Of a stretch of 40,590 nt of DNA, positions 1-9,608 are shown piece after piece. The notes below the pieces were generated by a model. That model did no database searches and was not told the origin of the DNA. It was given only the letters and a program-made list of their open reading frames with translations. The DNA is from an uncultured Candidatus Saccharibacteria bacterium (GTDB lineage: Bacteria; Patescibacteriota; WWE3; UBA101185; UBA10185): contig CAZHJE010000001.1 of assembly GCA_964532965.1 (NCBI GenBank), positions 10,694 through 51,283 of the forward strand. The letters are read 5' to 3'. Numbering within the stretch: the first letter of the stretch is position 1; every line of letters starts with the position of its first letter. The position numbers and the translations under genes were made by a program.

Positions 1-875
1 TCTAATGCTTGTTTAAAGTCATCTAGTGATAGTTCTTCTGGTTTTGACTCTGTTTGAATAAGTGGTAAAAATGGCTTACCTACTTGCCAAAAATAATCGA
101 CTTTATCTTTAATCCATGAAACATCTTTGCCGCACATTTTGTGATAAAGCATCGGACAAAATATATCAACATAATTACTAAGCTTCAAAAAATCTTGGCC
201 AAGTATTCTTTTAATTGCAGAACCATATTCTGAATCGTCCCAAGGAATAGCAAGTAACCCTAACACAATTTTATTGTCATGTTTAACCACATCTTTTACG
301 TCGGACACAAATGAAGTAATAGTATTTGTTTTAAATTCGAGCCACTCATGATAATAGCTCCCATCAATATGAAGTGCAGTGTTTTCTAACTGTGTACCTT
401 CTCCGCCAACTCCTTCTATAGGTTCACCAATATAATTTTCAAATAATCTTAAACATCTCGAACAATAGCAAGTGTCTAGTATATATGGCTCTGGTTCATC
501 CCACTTTGTTGGATATCTAATAAAATTTAAAAACATACCATCAATATCTTCTTTAGCTAACTCTTGTATTTTTGCTAATTTTTCTTTTCTAACACCCTCA
601 TGTGTCGGACATACGACATAATACCAATCTCTGTGTGTATCTTTGCCCGAAGAATCGACAGGTACAGCATCTGGATACTTTTTAAGTAAATCATTTCCTG
701 CAAATATAGTTATTTCAACATATATCTTAACGTCTTTCCCTAATATCTCTTTTATTAAAGCTATATTGGCATGTGTTACAAATTTTTCGTTTAAAAACAC
801 CGAAGTTAAATTGAGTGTTTTTGTAGTCTTTAATATCTCTTCATTTACTGTAAGCAAAAAAGTAGATCTCTCCAT
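1..875 (-). CDS. Glycoside-hydrolase-like TIM-barrel protein with GH42-like Cys cluster (3' end runs off window; at least 291 aa visible)
   Basis: Not in the supplied ORF track. Hand translation of the minus strand from ATG 875-873 stays open to position 1: MERSTFLLTVNEEILK...YYVVCPTHEGVRKEK...LDTCYCSRCLRLFENYIGEP...IFCPMLYHKMCG...LIQTESKPEE. A C-x-C-x-x-C followed by an F/Y-rich helix resembles the Zn site of GH42-type barrels. No signal peptide or TM segment. The start lies 2 nt after the ferredoxin stop. Confidence 0.45.
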   Translation of the reverse strand, partial: MERSTFLLTVNEEILKTTKTLNLTSVFLNEKFVTHANIALIKEILGKDVKIYVEITIFAGNDLLKKYPDAVPVDSSGKDTHRDWYYVVCPTHEGVRKEKLAKIQELAKEDIDGMFLNFIRYPTKWDEPEPYILDTCYCSRCLRLFENYIGEPIEGVGGEGTQLENTALHIDGSYYHEWLEFKTNTITSFVSDVKDVVKHDNKIVLGLLAIPWDDSEYGSAIKRILGQDFLKLSNYVDIFCPMLYHKMCGKDVSWIKDKVDYFWQVGKPFLPLIQTESKPEELSLDDFKQAL

Positions 876-877
876 AG

Positions 878-1147
878 TTATTCTTTCTTTTCTGGATATA
901 ATTGATTACCATTTAAATCTTCTATTATAATTGCAGTTGTTGGGCACGATTTCGCACCCTCAATAATTGTTACAGCATCATCCCAATCGCCTTCTTTAAC
1001 ATACGCTATTCCATCGTCATCTAAATCAAAGGTATTTGGTGCTTTAATAATACACGTACTTGCACTTATACATAAATTATTTATAACTTTTATTCTAACT
1101 TTTGATTGTGGATTTGATGTAAACTCATCTTGTCCGTTCTTTGCCAT
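878..1147 (-). CDS. Small single-cluster ferredoxin, 3Fe-4S-type Cys pattern
   Basis: 89 aa with only three Cys, arranged C-I-S-A-S-T-C ... S-C-P (CxxAxxC...CP; Ala sits where a 4Fe-4S ferredoxin has its second Cys). Acidic DLDDDG loop. Strong SD AGGAGG lies 6 nt upstream of ATG 1147, inside the end of the preceding gene. Confidence 0.75.
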   Translation of the reverse strand: MAKNGQDEFTSNPQSKVRIKVINNLCISASTCIIKAPNTFDLDDDGIAYVKEGDWDDAVTIIEGAKSCPTTAIIIEDLNGNQLYPEKKE

Positions 1148-1148
1148 A

Positions 1149-2168
1149 TTAACCTCCTAAATAATTACCTGTTTTTTTATCGATACTTCTTAATTCTAAC
1201 TCGGGTTTTTTTAAAAAGCCAATAATAAAATTTACCCCATATACAACATGTGTTAAAAATATACCAGACAATACCAATGGAAACACTTTTATATCTTTTG
1301 ATTTCACAACAGCCCAAATAGATTCACTTACTAAAAGTACAGCATAAAAAGATAAAATGCTCAAATACAATAAAAACAGTACTAATGATACAAATACAGA
1401 AAACGCACCTAAAGATAAACCTAGTACAAATATCGATGGGACAAAATAATAAGGCAATCTTGATGTTTCTGGAAATATTCTTGCAAATTGCCCCCGATGC
1501 CTACCATATCTTGAAATTTGCTTTAAATGCGGTTTAAACAAGTTTCGTCTGTGATGATAAACAATAGGTTCAGGAGAATATAAAAAAGGCTTGTTATGCT
1601 TTTTTACCAAATCTAAACATAACTTAGTATCCTCACCTGGCCAAAATTCTGTAATAAACCCACCAACAGCATTAAATGCATCCTTTTTAACAAATAAATT
1701 AACTGTAGGATAATCTACAATGTAGCGCTTTTTTTGCGGAATATGCCTATAAGTCTCTCTGTTGCTCGCAAGCATTGATTCGAGTACATACCCAGAGCAT
1801 TTTTCAAGTAATCCTGCATCTTTAGGTGTAATTGCGGGAGCACCTAGTGCATATATATCTTCGCTGCTAAAAATAGCCGCAGCTTCTTTTAACCAATGGG
1901 TAGTAGGATAGGCATCATCATCTAAAAATACAACAATATCTCCTTTAGCTTTTGCTACACCAATATTTCTTTTTTCTCCTGGTCCTTTTGAACCTACAGC
2001 AAAAAGTCTAAATCTAGTGTCATTTTCAAAATCATACACTTGCTCATCATCGGTTAAAATTATTACCTCAAAAAAAGGATAGTTTAATTGTTTTAAATAT
2101 GAAATATTTTCTTTTAAATATGTATTTATGGAACGTACTGGAATTATAATACTAAAAAAGTATTCCAT
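1149..2168 (-). CDS. GT2 family glycosyltransferase with C-terminal transmembrane segments
   Basis: N-terminal FSIIIPVRS, DxD-type FLDDDAYP, WPGEDTKLCLDL. The last ~90 aa are hydrophobic (FVPSIFVLGLSLGAFSVFVSLVLFLLYLSIL...). Confidence 0.8.
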   Translation of the reverse strand: MEYFFSIIIPVRSINTYLKENISYLKQLNYPFFEVIILTDDEQVYDFENDTRFRLFAVGSKGPGEKRNIGVAKAKGDIVVFLDDDAYPTTHWLKEAAAIFSSEDIYALGAPAITPKDAGLLEKCSGYVLESMLASNRETYRHIPQKKRYIVDYPTVNLFVKKDAFNAVGGFITEFWPGEDTKLCLDLVKKHNKPFLYSPEPIVYHHRRNLFKPHLKQISRYGRHRGQFARIFPETSRLPYYFVPSIFVLGLSLGAFSVFVSLVLFLLYLSILSFYAVLLVSESIWAVVKSKDIKVFPLVLSGIFLTHVVYGVNFIIGFLKKPELELRSIDKKTGNYLGG

Positions 2169-2169
2169 A

Positions 2170-2964
2170 TTATTTTCCCGTATTTACTCTCATTTGTAGC
2201 TCTTTATCGTATACCCATTTTCGTTTATTTTCATCTGCATAATAGTTAAGTATTTTAAGTCTATAAAATATTGCAATTGTATCTAGCAGCATATATCTAA
2301 TGTGCCTATCTAAAAAAAGAAATCCCTTAAAACTAGTATTATCATATTCCCAATGTATTTGAACAGGTGCCTCGTAAATCTTAGTAAACCCAAGATATCT
2401 AGCTACAGCAAGTACTTCTATATCAAATGCAAATCTTTTAACAATAAGTCTCGGTAATACAGCTTCTAACACTTTTCGTTTAAATACTTTTAACCCTGTT
2501 TGTGTATCTTTAACCTTAAGCCCAAATAAAATCTTTACAAGCATATAATAACCGAAAAGATAAAGTCTTCTTGAAAACGGGTAATTTAATATTGAGGCGG
2601 GGTGTTTTTTACTACCAATAATTATATCGGCATCGTACCATTCCATGTGTTCAAGTATCATAGAAATACCGTTGGGATTAATATCCATGCCAGCATCAAT
2701 GAATGCTATGTGATCCCCTTTTGCTCGTGCCATACCATATCTTATTGCATATCCCTTTCCACGATTTGTTTCATAACCAATAACAATAACATTATCTTTT
2801 TTTACTTTTTTAGCCTCTTGAAGAGATTTATCTAAATAACCATCGATTACAACAATAATTTCAAAATCCCACCTAGTGTGAGACATAGTATTATAAATAT
2901 TTTCAATATCTTGTTTTATGGTTTTTTCTTGTCTATATGTTGGAACTATTATTGACACTAACAT
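2170..2964 (-). CDS. GT2 glycosyltransferase, DPM/DPG-synthase-like (polyprenyl-phosphate sugar synthase type)
   Basis: MLVSIIVPTY, IIVVIDGYLD, FIDAGMD, DTQTGLKVFKR and FAFDIEVL match the dolichyl/undecaprenyl-phosphate hexose synthase GT-A pattern. The start overlaps the upstream flippase gene by 32 nt. Confidence 0.75.
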   Translation of the reverse strand: MLVSIIVPTYRQEKTIKQDIENIYNTMSHTRWDFEIIVVIDGYLDKSLQEAKKVKKDNVIVIGYETNRGKGYAIRYGMARAKGDHIAFIDAGMDINPNGISMILEHMEWYDADIIIGSKKHPASILNYPFSRRLYLFGYYMLVKILFGLKVKDTQTGLKVFKRKVLEAVLPRLIVKRFAFDIEVLAVARYLGFTKIYEAPVQIHWEYDNTSFKGFLFLDRHIRYMLLDTIAIFYRLKILNYYADENKRKWVYDKELQMRVNTGK

Positions 2965-4216
2965 CTTTAAAATAATATAGTAAAGTTGATAAAAATAAAA
3001 GCATACTAACTAGAATATTAACATTAATTACAGAATTTACACTATCATGAAACGCAGATAAAAGTATAAATTGTGCTATCACACCAAGCAAAAGTAAAAC
3101 AAATACTTTAGTCTTGTTTATTGCCAAAAAATACATAGTCATAAAATATATTAAAATATAAAGTCCAACAAACACTGCAAATTTTGGAAGATACTCGGCT
3201 GCGCTTATAAACTTATCTCCAAATAACACGCTAATAATTAGCGGTGAAAACATATAAAAACAAATGATACCAAGTGCTACGAGTATAATTTGAAATGTAA
3301 CAAACTGCTTAAATCTGGCTAGATACTCTTTATTTGCAGCATATAGTTGCGATATTTGAGGATACATCACCAGTGTTACGGTGCTTGCCCCAAATAAAAA
3401 TACCTTCCCGACAGTAACAATACTAGAATATATTCCAGCAGTATCTGCATCAAAATAATGTTTTACTAAAAGGACATCTACATTATTTAATAAGTTTAAA
3501 CCAACTGTAACCAAAGTGGTTGTAATGCTAAATTTAACAATCATTTTTACTTGGGTTTTCACATCTATAGTCTGTTTGTTGTATGAGGTAAAGTTTTTCT
3601 TTAATAAAAATAAAGATACTACAAAACCTAATATTACTGCCATTGCCATGCCTAAAAACACTCCAGAAATTCCAATACTCACAAATGTTAGCAACATAAT
3701 TGGTAGAATTAGTCTTAAAAAGCTACCAACAACGGTAGAAAATGCAAAGGCCTTAAATCTTAAAAGTCCTTGCAAGTATGAGTACGGTGTAATTGAAAGA
3801 AGTGACACGCCTAACGAAATACCAAAAGCATATATCGCATACATATCAGTAATATTTAAATAATTACCAATAACTTTACTAAAACTCACAACCATACAAA
3901 ATAGTAATATCCCAAAGAGTAATGCATAAGCACTAAGTTTATTAAACAAATGTGTCAAAATATCAAACCTGTTTTGTACCTCTAATTTGGCTACATATTT
4001 GATCAACGACGTAGTTACGGCTGTTGTTGGTATTCCTAAAATTATCATCAAAGATAAAAGGGCATTAAATGTTCCGTAATCAGAAACGCTGAGTGTTCTC
4101 CCAAGATATACTTGAAGAAGATATGAAAAGAAACTACCAATAAAACTACCCAATGATACAATTACAGTACCAACTAATATTTGATTATCTTTTAATGCTA
4201 ATGTTTTTTTAATCAT
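2933..4216 (-). CDS. MOP-superfamily (Wzx-like) oligosaccharide/polysaccharide flippase
   Basis: 427 aa, about 12 hydrophobic spans. The N-terminus GSFIGSFFSYLLQVYLGRTLSVSDYGTFNAL is typical of Polysacc_synt-type flippases. Confidence 0.7.
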   Translation of the reverse strand: MIKKTLALKDNQILVGTVIVSLGSFIGSFFSYLLQVYLGRTLSVSDYGTFNALLSLMIILGIPTTAVTTSLIKYVAKLEVQNRFDILTHLFNKLSAYALLFGILLFCMVVSFSKVIGNYLNITDMYAIYAFGISLGVSLLSITPYSYLQGLLRFKAFAFSTVVGSFLRLILPIMLLTFVSIGISGVFLGMAMAVILGFVVSLFLLKKNFTSYNKQTIDVKTQVKMIVKFSITTTLVTVGLNLLNNVDVLLVKHYFDADTAGIYSSIVTVGKVFLFGASTVTLVMYPQISQLYAANKEYLARFKQFVTFQIILVALGIICFYMFSPLIISVLFGDKFISAAEYLPKFAVFVGLYILIYFMTMYFLAINKTKVFVLLLLGVIAQFILLSAFHDSVNSVINVNILVSMLLFLSTLLYYFKDVSVNNSSNI

Positions 4217-5804
4217 CTACCCTCTTATACACATTGTATAACTTTATGTTTCTCTCATATATACTACCAACATAATCTATTTTAAATCTATCTTCTTTGT
4301 CTGAATCATCTTCCCATACAGGATAAACAAAATATGCAGTGTATTTTGCTTGAGCTGTAATATCTTTTATAGTAGCCCACCCCCCGATTTGTCTAATAAA
4401 CGGATGAAACTGAGTGTAATACTTTTCAGGAAAGCCAACTACCAGTTTTGTGCTAAGTATTGATGTATTTATTAGTGCATCTAAAGACTCGTCTTTAGTA
4501 AATGTTGCATATTCTCCTGAAGCTAACACATCTTTAAAATACGCTTGTATTTGCTTTTGGCCGATACTCCATTTTGGTTCAATTATATATATGCCGTTCT
4601 TCAAGCCCCCAACGAGTGGAGAGTAATATGATAAATAGTCGAAATTTAGATAAAAGTATGTAATAAGCGCTGGAAAAATAAATAAAACCAGTAAAATACT
4701 CTTTTTAAATTTAATTAATGCATATTCAAAAAACATTGCAGAAATTAAAATTAACGAAATTAATGACGGTAAAATATACCTATCTAATTTTTTTGATGGA
4801 ATACTCATTTCTATAAAGTAGGTAGCTGCGTACAAAAATGTATAAAAAGCAAATCTTTTTCTTTTTTCATCTATATTTCTTTTGGCATAAACCAAATAGC
4901 CTAAAGCACCAACTACTATATATAAAGACGATCTAGCCAATAAAACTACTGGATAAAAAGTCAACCCAGGATTTTCGACCAAATTACCAAAATATAACTG
5001 AATGTGCCCTTCTTCTATACCTGTGTCAAATACCCCCCGATAAAGCGTTTGAAACACTAATACAGGATTAACCCATAAGGCAGGCCATAGTAGTAACATA
5101 AAAAAAACTACAAACAATAACCAAAATAGATAGTTTTTAACACTTTCTTTAAGATTCTTTGTATATAAGAAAAACATAAGACCTATAAACGGCAAAAGCA
5201 TTAATGCAGAAGTTTTGGTAAGTATTGCTAAAGTTGTATAAAGTGCAAAAACTATTAGTGTTTTTTTAGTTTTTGAAATACTAACGTAGTAGTATCCCCA
5301 AACAAATGATCCTAACATCAATGTAGAAAGAAGGCCCTCAAGATGTATTACTCTAGTTAAAGCTAAATAAAACGGTTCCAGCAATAATATAAATGAAAAC
5401 ACTAAAGCAAATTTTATAGATATTATTTTTTTTAGTGCAAAAAAAATTCCGCTTGTTGCAAGAGCTAAAAACATAACAATCACTAATTTTTGAAAAAAAT
5501 GAAGTGTAAATACAGTGGTTATATCATTATCAGGAGGTGTAATACCAAGTAAGACTTTGTAATAAAAACTATTCAATTTCACACCAATCGTACCTAACCA
5601 CATTAACGTAACACCTGGGTGGTATCGTTGAAGAGTCTGTACAAAATCTAGATTGAAAATGCCATTGCTAAAGTTGAATATACGGGATTTCCACTTCCAC
5701 ACATCTGTATTAAATATGTCGTGACCCAAATAGGGAAGACGTAACAAAACAAATACCACAAAAACACCAACCTCATATTTAAAATTTGATAAATATTTTT
5801 TCAT
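4209..5804 (-). CDS. Polytopic GT-C-type (ArnT/PMT_2-like) lipid-carrier-dependent glycosyltransferase, paralog A
   Basis: 531 aa, about 12 hydrophobic spans. First-loop NTDVWKW followed by YHPGVTLMW; also LEPFYLALTRVIHLEG and IPSKKLDRYILP. Soluble C-terminal ~110 aa. Clear paralog of 7064..8692. Confidence 0.55.
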   Translation of the reverse strand: MKKYLSNFKYEVGVFVVFVLLRLPYLGHDIFNTDVWKWKSRIFNFSNGIFNLDFVQTLQRYHPGVTLMWLGTIGVKLNSFYYKVLLGITPPDNDITTVFTLHFFQKLVIVMFLALATSGIFFALKKIISIKFALVFSFILLLEPFYLALTRVIHLEGLLSTLMLGSFVWGYYYVSISKTKKTLIVFALYTTLAILTKTSALMLLPFIGLMFFLYTKNLKESVKNYLFWLLFVVFFMLLLWPALWVNPVLVFQTLYRGVFDTGIEEGHIQLYFGNLVENPGLTFYPVVLLARSSLYIVVGALGYLVYAKRNIDEKRKRFAFYTFLYAATYFIEMSIPSKKLDRYILPSLISLILISAMFFEYALIKFKKSILLVLFIFPALITYFYLNFDYLSYYSPLVGGLKNGIYIIEPKWSIGQKQIQAYFKDVLASGEYATFTKDESLDALINTSILSTKLVVGFPEKYYTQFHPFIRQIGGWATIKDITAQAKYTAYFVYPVWEDDSDKEDRFKIDYVGSIYERNIKLYNVYKRVDD

Positions 5805-5814
5805 AGCACAAACT

Positions 5815-7095
5815 TTAGTTTACTCCCCATCTTTCCAAAGTGTTTTGCACAATTGCCAAGATTGGTAATAAAAAATAAGCCACAAAAAACACATACCATA
5901 ATCTTTGGTTATTTATCTTTTTTAAATAGTCAGCTACTTTGTACAAAAAAAACCCACTGATTATAGAAACGTATGGATAAGTTATAAAATAATAATGTGA
6001 TCTACTCTTTTCAAACCCAGCAATATAATAAAAAAAGAAAAGCGACGGAACTAACAATAACAACAAAGCATATATTTCATGCACATTTACAACTCTATCA
6101 AAGAACTTTCTTTTTAAAAAATAAAACGATAAAAAGAGTGTAGCTAAAATGAGTACTATTAAATATGTGTAGAGAGCCGTGTATCCAAAATCATCAGCAA
6201 GTTTTGTAAAAAACAGTGTAAAAAATTTAGACATATGCGCTGCAAGAGGTACTTCTCCTACATTTGTGAATTGCCAAAACGCGCCCTGTGGTCCATCTGT
6301 TCTAGAAAAAGTTACATAATCAAAAAAAGCAAAAGGGGTACCTATTAAAAAACCTAATAGAGCAAATACGGTAGCAAGTAATGGTTTTAGTGTAGTCCCA
6401 TATGCAAACAATTTTTCTTTAGCTTTATATACATAGCAAAAATGAGCAAAAGCTACACCTATAGCTATGAGTCCGCCATTGTATTTTGTAGATGCCGCAA
6501 AACCAGTAAATAGTCCAGCCAATAAATATGCTTTTATAGAGTTATTTTTAAAAATAAGTACAGAAAAATATAAAGCACAACTCAAAAAAAATACCATAGG
6601 CACATCCGGCAATGAATATTGCGAATGCCAAATATGATATGGTAAAAGTGTAAATGTCATCGCAGAAAGTAGTGCCACTTTCTCGTTAAAAAGTCTTTGA
6701 GCCGAATAGTATATGGGTATTAATGTCATTGCACCAAAAAGCGAAGAGAATAACCTAGTTAAATAATAAAAGATCAAAGTATCATCCCAAATGAGAGGAA
6801 ACATGTTTATTAGACTTGCTTTTAAGTTCAATGCCTCAAGAAGCGTTCTAACTTTTGCAAATACCATATATAAAAAATAATTTAGATAAATGTACAAATG
6901 TGGCCAATCAAAATGTTTTGGATTGTTGTAAAACCTTACTTCTAACGCGCTTCTTACTATTGTTGGTTCATCTGGGTGCAATATTAACGGAAATGAGTGT
7001 AGATCCCCAATTATTCTAAGTATAAGACTCACTACAACTAGAAAAAACAGTGTTTTATTTGCTTTACTCAGCTTGTGTGCCTGAAGTTTTAACAT
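5815..7095 (-). CDS. Polytopic GT-C-type (GT39/PMT_2-like) glycosyltransferase
   Basis: 426 aa. HPDEPTIV (D-E motif) in the first predicted outside loop, FDWPHLYIY, and a multi-span body. SD GGAGGA lies 4 nt upstream of ATG 7095. The start overlaps the upstream gene by 32 nt. Confidence 0.6.
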   Translation of the reverse strand: MLKLQAHKLSKANKTLFFLVVVSLILRIIGDLHSFPLILHPDEPTIVRSALEVRFYNNPKHFDWPHLYIYLNYFLYMVFAKVRTLLEALNLKASLINMFPLIWDDTLIFYYLTRLFSSLFGAMTLIPIYYSAQRLFNEKVALLSAMTFTLLPYHIWHSQYSLPDVPMVFFLSCALYFSVLIFKNNSIKAYLLAGLFTGFAASTKYNGGLIAIGVAFAHFCYVYKAKEKLFAYGTTLKPLLATVFALLGFLIGTPFAFFDYVTFSRTDGPQGAFWQFTNVGEVPLAAHMSKFFTLFFTKLADDFGYTALYTYLIVLILATLFLSFYFLKRKFFDRVVNVHEIYALLLLLVPSLFFFYYIAGFEKSRSHYYFITYPYVSIISGFFLYKVADYLKKINNQRLWYVFFVAYFLLPILAIVQNTLERWGVN

Positions 7096-8692
7096 ATATC
7101 CTCCAATAATCTAATCCATTTATTTTTATAACATTATCAAGTATATAGTTTGCACCAGAAGATACCACATTTTCGGGAAACTCTTCATTTATTCCTAAAA
7201 CAATTAAATCGTAATTTCTTGTACCGCTAATACGAATATCAAAAATTCGAGAACTCATATAAATCATTCTCATTGGTTTAGTATCTATAAAACCAAGCGA
7301 AGGGTAATTACCATAATTTTCTAATATAAAATCTTTTAATGCAGGTATTCCTACTCCAAATGATTTTTGTGCAATTATATTGTTTGCATTTTTAGTAGTA
7401 CCAAATAGTGGGCTAGTATATGTAAAATAATATGGAAATATTTTAACTAATGGAGTAACTAAAAATACAGCAGTAAGTAATGATAAAACTAATATAAATA
7501 TATATTTCCCCCAAGCACCAAGTTTTTGAATAAGCTTAGAGTATACAAAATAATAACCATACACAGCAATAAGTGAAAAAAATGGATATATTGGTAACAT
7601 ATACCTATCAATTTTCTTTGAGGGTATCGTCATTAATACAATGTAACCAATATAAAATACCGCTAAATAAGCTATAAAAGATAAATTTGTATACGAAACA
7701 ATGTTTTTAAAACTACTCAATATATATTTTGTCTTAAATAAAGATTCTTTTGATACTCTAAATACGTTCAATAGCATACCTAGTATAAGTAGTGGGGACA
7801 TCTTCATTAAGATAACCAAAATATAAAAAGACACTCCGGGGTCTCTTGTATATTCGCCAAGAAGTATTTGACCATGTCCTTTTCTACCACCAACTCTTTC
7901 TGCCTCGTCAAAAATATTTATTAAAGTTCCAAAAAATTCTACCCAAAGTGCTGGAAAAAATACCACCAATGTAATAATATAAACCAATAACATAACTGAA
8001 CTGTTCCAGACTGCTTTTTTAAAGTTGTAATTGCGCAATAATATTACTGCGTTAGTTAATAAAACATATAATAAAGCAACAATACCTACACTTTTTGTCA
8101 AAAAGGCTAATGCTAAAAAGAAAGCGGAAAGTATAATGTTAATAAGCCTAGTTTCACGTGTATATAAATACGAATAACATAGCCCAATGAATAAAAAAAG
8201 CGAAAGAAGCACGTCCAAGTGCACTAATCTGGAATTACCAACAAAAAATGGTTCTAAAGAAAACAAACTTACAGAAAATAATGCTATTAAAAAATAATAT
8301 TTAACATTTAGTAACTTTAGTATTTTGGACAACACAAATAATAATATTGCGGTTAATATTCCTTGCACAACAACTAGAGCTAATTTAGAAACAAATTGAA
8401 ACATCATAAAATTAATATGGTTGTATACACGCTCTGTAGGGTAAATTTGTCTAAAAATTTCTACTATTGAACCTACTATCCACATTAACGTAACACCAGG
8501 ATGATAGTGTTGGTAGGTTATTATGGGATTTTTAGTTTTTAATCCAACAATGAATTGTTCTGCTCTAAAATGCCAATTCACTCCATCTGGATTTATAGCA
8601 TCATAAGCTATTCCAGAAATCCTAACCACAAAAAACGCGATTATAAAAACAAAGATAAGAATTAGATTAGTTGTTATCTTTTTCGATAGCAT
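7064..8692 (-). CDS. Polytopic GT-C-type (ArnT/PMT_2-like) glycosyltransferase, paralog B
   Basis: The ORF-track start at 8707 is TTG. I prefer ATG 8692 (MLSKKITT...), which has GGAG 6 nt upstream. Motifs: NPDGVNW, YHPGVTLMW, LEPFFVGNSRLVHLD, IPSKKIDRYMLP. Soluble C-terminal domain. Confidence 0.55.
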   Translation of the reverse strand: MLSKKITTNLILIFVFIIAFFVVRISGIAYDAINPDGVNWHFRAEQFIVGLKTKNPIITYQHYHPGVTLMWIVGSIVEIFRQIYPTERVYNHINFMMFQFVSKLALVVVQGILTAILLFVLSKILKLLNVKYYFLIALFSVSLFSLEPFFVGNSRLVHLDVLLSLFLFIGLCYSYLYTRETRLINIILSAFFLALAFLTKSVGIVALLYVLLTNAVILLRNYNFKKAVWNSSVMLLVYIITLVVFFPALWVEFFGTLINIFDEAERVGGRKGHGQILLGEYTRDPGVSFYILVILMKMSPLLILGMLLNVFRVSKESLFKTKYILSSFKNIVSYTNLSFIAYLAVFYIGYIVLMTIPSKKIDRYMLPIYPFFSLIAVYGYYFVYSKLIQKLGAWGKYIFILVLSLLTAVFLVTPLVKIFPYYFTYTSPLFGTTKNANNIIAQKSFGVGIPALKDFILENYGNYPSLGFIDTKPMRMIYMSSRIFDIRISGTRNYDLIVLGINEEFPENVVSSGANYILDNVIKINGLDYWRIYVKTSGTQAE

Positions 8693-9608
8693 ACAGTACT
8701 CCGCCAATTAGGGAAATCCCCAATCTAAATAAATGATATATGATTGACGCACTTATAGATACCTCTGCTGGGATTCCAACAATTGCAAAAAGCTGAACAT
8801 ATAGCGTATCTTGCACACCAACACCATTTAAAGAAGGGATAAAAAAGCTTGCAAGTGTAATAACTGGAAAAATAAAAAGAGAATAAAAAAAAGGCAAAGA
8901 GATCCCTAACGCAGAAAAAATATAGTATTGAGTAAATATGCCAAGTAACTGAACTACAAACGATGTGACAAAAGCCCATATGAGCACATTACTTTTACCT
9001 TTGTATAACATTAAAGAGTTATATACACTTTTTACTTTAGGTAGTTTCTTTGAGAATAGCCTTAAACCTATATAAGCAACAAAAGCAACAATCCAAAATC
9101 CAAAAAACAATATAAACTCAAATAATAGTACAAGCACTTGATTTGAACTAACGTTGTGAGGAAGTAATGACAACCAAAAGTCTAGTGTTTTTGCTAACCC
9201 AAGATAAGAAATTAACACTAAAGATACCATTCCGGTAAATCTTTCCATAAATGTAGCAGAAAAAGCGTTTGATTTACTATTGATAATATTACCAAGCCTA
9301 ACAACTTTAAATACATCGCCACCAATGCTTGTAGGCATAAAGTTATTAAAAAAAGCACCCATAAAATATAACGATGTAAGAAGCGACACTTTTACTTTTT
9401 CACATCCCTCAAAGATTAATAGCTTTTTCCAACGAATAGATGACACAACATAGTTTAAAATTAAAAAAAGCACAATTACTGGCGTAAACCAATAATTAAA
9501 TGAGGAAAAATTAGCATAAACCTGGCTTACTTCTAACCTAGAAAAAATTAAAACAAATAAAACAATACTTATTGCTACTTTAACAAATATTTTTTTATTG
9601 TTCTTCAT
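8667..9608 (-). CDS. UPF0104 / LPG-synthase-TM-type flippase-like membrane protein
   Basis: 313 aa, about 8 spans. SSIRWKKLL, FFNNFMPTSIGGDVFKVVRL and ATFMERFTGM match the lysyl-PG synthase TM-region (flippase-like) family signature. Confidence 0.65.
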   Translation of the reverse strand: MKNNKKIFVKVAISIVLFVLIFSRLEVSQVYANFSSFNYWFTPVIVLFLILNYVVSSIRWKKLLIFEGCEKVKVSLLTSLYFMGAFFNNFMPTSIGGDVFKVVRLGNIINSKSNAFSATFMERFTGMVSLVLISYLGLAKTLDFWLSLLPHNVSSNQVLVLLFEFILFFGFWIVAFVAYIGLRLFSKKLPKVKSVYNSLMLYKGKSNVLIWAFVTSFVVQLLGIFTQYYIFSALGISLPFFYSLFIFPVITLASFFIPSLNGVGVQDTLYVQLFAIVGIPAEVSISASIIYHLFRLGISLIGGVLYAIEKDNN

